DNA from: an uncultured Clostridia bacterium
GTDB taxonomy: Bacteria; Bacillota; Clostridia; TANB77; CAG-508
NCBI GenBank assembly: GCA_934183325.1
Contig: CAKPSH010000006.1
Coordinates: 1,914 to 65,913 of the forward strand
Length of the DNA stretch: 64,000 bases
Reading direction: 5' to 3'
The position numbers and the translations under genes were made by a program. This document shows positions 62,598-64,000 of the stretch, in pieces (within the stretch, counting starts at the first letter, position 1; each line of letters opens with the position of its first letter). The notes under the pieces are model-generated. The model was not told the origin of the DNA. It saw only the letters and a list, made by a program, of their open reading frames with translations, and did no database searches.

Positions 62598-63440
62598 TTA
62601 TTCTTCTATTTCTCCTCTAAATACTGTTCTGGCTGGTCCAGTCATATATACATAATCATCCCATCTAATTTTTAATGTTCCACCTAATAATTCTATATTT
62701 ATTTCTTCATTTTTTTCTACTAAATCATTTAATATAGCTGATACACACACTGCACACGCCCCTGTTCCACAAGCCAATGTTTCTCCAGCTCCTCTTTCCC
62801 ATACTCTCATCTTTATATGTGTTTTATCAATAATTTGAATAAATTCTATATTTGCTTTCTTAGGAAATTTTTCGTTTACCTCTAAAATAGGTCCATATTT
62901 TTCAATTTCAAAACTATCAACATCATCTATTACTGTTACTGCATGTGGATTTCCCATTGAAACACATGTAAATGTAAATTCTCTATCTTTTGCTTTTAAT
63001 TTTAAATTTTTTACAGGTTTTTCATCTGATATTACAGGTATTTTTTCTGCCTCTAAAATTGGTCTTCCCATATTAACAGTTGCAAGCACTACTTTTCCGT
63101 TTTCAACTGTTAAATCTATTTTTTTAATTCCTGCTAATGTTTCAATATTTACTTGTTCTTTGTTAGTTAATCCATTATCATAAACAAATTTTGCTACACA
63201 TCTAATTCCATTTCCACACATTTCTGCTTCTGAACCATCTGAATTAAACATTCTCATTCTAAAATCTGCAATATCACTTTTACATATTAATATAAGTCCA
63301 TCTGAACCTATTCCAAAATGTCTATCACTAATTTTTTTAGCCATTTTTGATATTTCTTCAACTTTTTTATCATCATACTTTGTGCAATCGATATATACAT
63401 AATCATTGCCCAATCCTTCCATTTTCACAAAATTAATCAT
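62598..63440 (-). CDS. dapF: Diaminopimelate epimerase
   Basis: 280 aa with [17 protein letters not shown] and a second active-site Cys (ACGTGACAV). Confidence 0.9.
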   Translation of the reverse strand: MINFVKMEGLGNDYVYIDCTKYDDKKVEEISKMAKKISDRHFGIGSDGLILICKSDIADFRMRMFNSDGSEAEMCGNGIRCVAKFVYDNGLTNKEQVNIETLAGIKKIDLTVENGKVVLATVNMGRPILEAEKIPVISDEKPVKNLKLKAKDREFTFTCVSMGNPHAVTVIDDVDSFEIEKYGPILEVNEKFPKKANIEFIQIIDKTHIKMRVWERGAGETLACGTGACAVCVSAILNDLVEKNEEINIELLGGTLKIRWDDYVYMTGPARTVFRGEIEE

Positions 63441-63608
63441 ATATAATTTTTTCCTTTCTTTATCACTTTTATTTTTTTATTCTATCATATTATATTTTAA
63501 AAATAAATATGCATTTTAAATTTTCATCCAAGTACTTGATTCTTAAGCTTTCGCGTGTTAAAATCATTATGTCTACCCGAACTTGTAACACAAAAGGAGT
63601 GTGATTCT

Positions 63609-64000
63609 ATGAGACTTTCTCGGGGAAACTTTGCAACATTTAGGGAACGAGTAAACAATGAACCGCTATCACAGCAACTCTTACTCCAGTCCAATCAGTT
63701 AAAAAAATACGGCACTGGAATCTATGGAAAAAACCACCTGTTGGTGAAAGCCCAAGAAAACATCGAAGCAGTCATCAGAAAAACTTTAGATTTTTATGAC
63801 TGTATAGAGATTTCCTTGCCTCTTCTCCAACCCAAGTCAATTTTTGAAAAATCTAAGAATTTTAAAAATTACTATTTCCACAGGCAAATGTTCTATTGCA
63901 ACACACCTAATAGTACTCTACGCCTAGTTCCCTCTGCAGAAGAAGCAGTTCTCGAATTCGTTAAATCCAACGTTAGATCTTACAAGCAGTTACCTATTAA
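63609..64000 (+). CDS. Class II aminoacyl-tRNA synthetase, ProRS-like, N-terminal part. It continues past the window end.
   Basis: ATG at 63609 behind AAAGGAG. The translation ...SQQLLLQSNQLKKYGTGIYG...AVIRKTLDFYDCIEISLPLLQP...LRLVPSAEEAVLEFVKSNVRSYKQLPI parallels the bacterial ProRS N-terminus (SHQLLLRAG...SSYKQLPL). The GC content is clearly higher than in neighbouring genes. Confidence 0.55.
   Translation, partial: MRLSRGNFATFRERVNNEPLSQQLLLQSNQLKKYGTGIYGKNHLLVKAQENIEAVIRKTLDFYDCIEISLPLLQPKSIFEKSKNFKNYYFHRQMFYCNTPNSTLRLVPSAEEAVLEFVKSNVRSYKQLPI

Overview
This is low-GC chromosomal DNA, about 27% GC, with Clostridia-like gene content. Four blocks can be supported.

Bases 1-17.5k are core housekeeping. 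They hold the 3' end of an HD-GYP-type gene, a mazF/pemK toxin, dusB, rodA, minE and minD (all minus strand). A four-subunit 2-oxoacid:ferredoxin oxidoreductase operon (porCDAB-like) follows on the plus strand. Then come acpP, plsX, the str operon genes tuf, fusA, rpsG and rpsL (all minus strand), and an HtrA-like protease.

Bases 17.7-25.7k hold a single-module C-A-T-R NRPS, a membrane histidine kinase, a DUF2974 hydrolase and a hypothetical gene.

Bases 25.9-36.5k hold a complete Type I-B CRISPR-Cas locus on the minus strand: cas6-cas8b-cas7-cas5-cas3-cas4-cas1-cas2, a leader, and a 35-repeat array.

Bases 37.97-58.10k form a ~20.1 kb integrative island bounded by a perfect 20-bp direct repeat. 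It carries a tyrosine integrase, a frameshifted hicA with hicB, an excisionase-like HTH protein, a phage replisome organizer, a DnaC-like loader and a MobC-like protein. Its cargo is two tightly packed candidate anti-phage operons. The first is a 7-gene cluster (NUDIX, a DUF3883 protein, MazG x2, a DUF2075 nuclease-helicase, an unknown protein and an AAA ATPase). The second is a QueC-like PP-loop enzyme operon with a 3-TM protein and a HEPN (Rx4H) protein. Additional HEPN-motif proteins lie elsewhere in the island. This island is the most likely place for an undescribed defense system.

The window ends with a truncated OmpR-type response regulator at the island edge, a hypothetical gene, a folate ECF transporter behind a THF riboswitch, an HD hydrolase, dapF and a GC-elevated ProRS-like partial gene.

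Other oddities are an unassigned ~300-nt GC-rich structured RNA (560-897), a 0.5 kb GC-rich insert encoding a K/R-rich protein (8926-9420), and repeat structures in the fusA-tuf and rpsG-fusA spacers.
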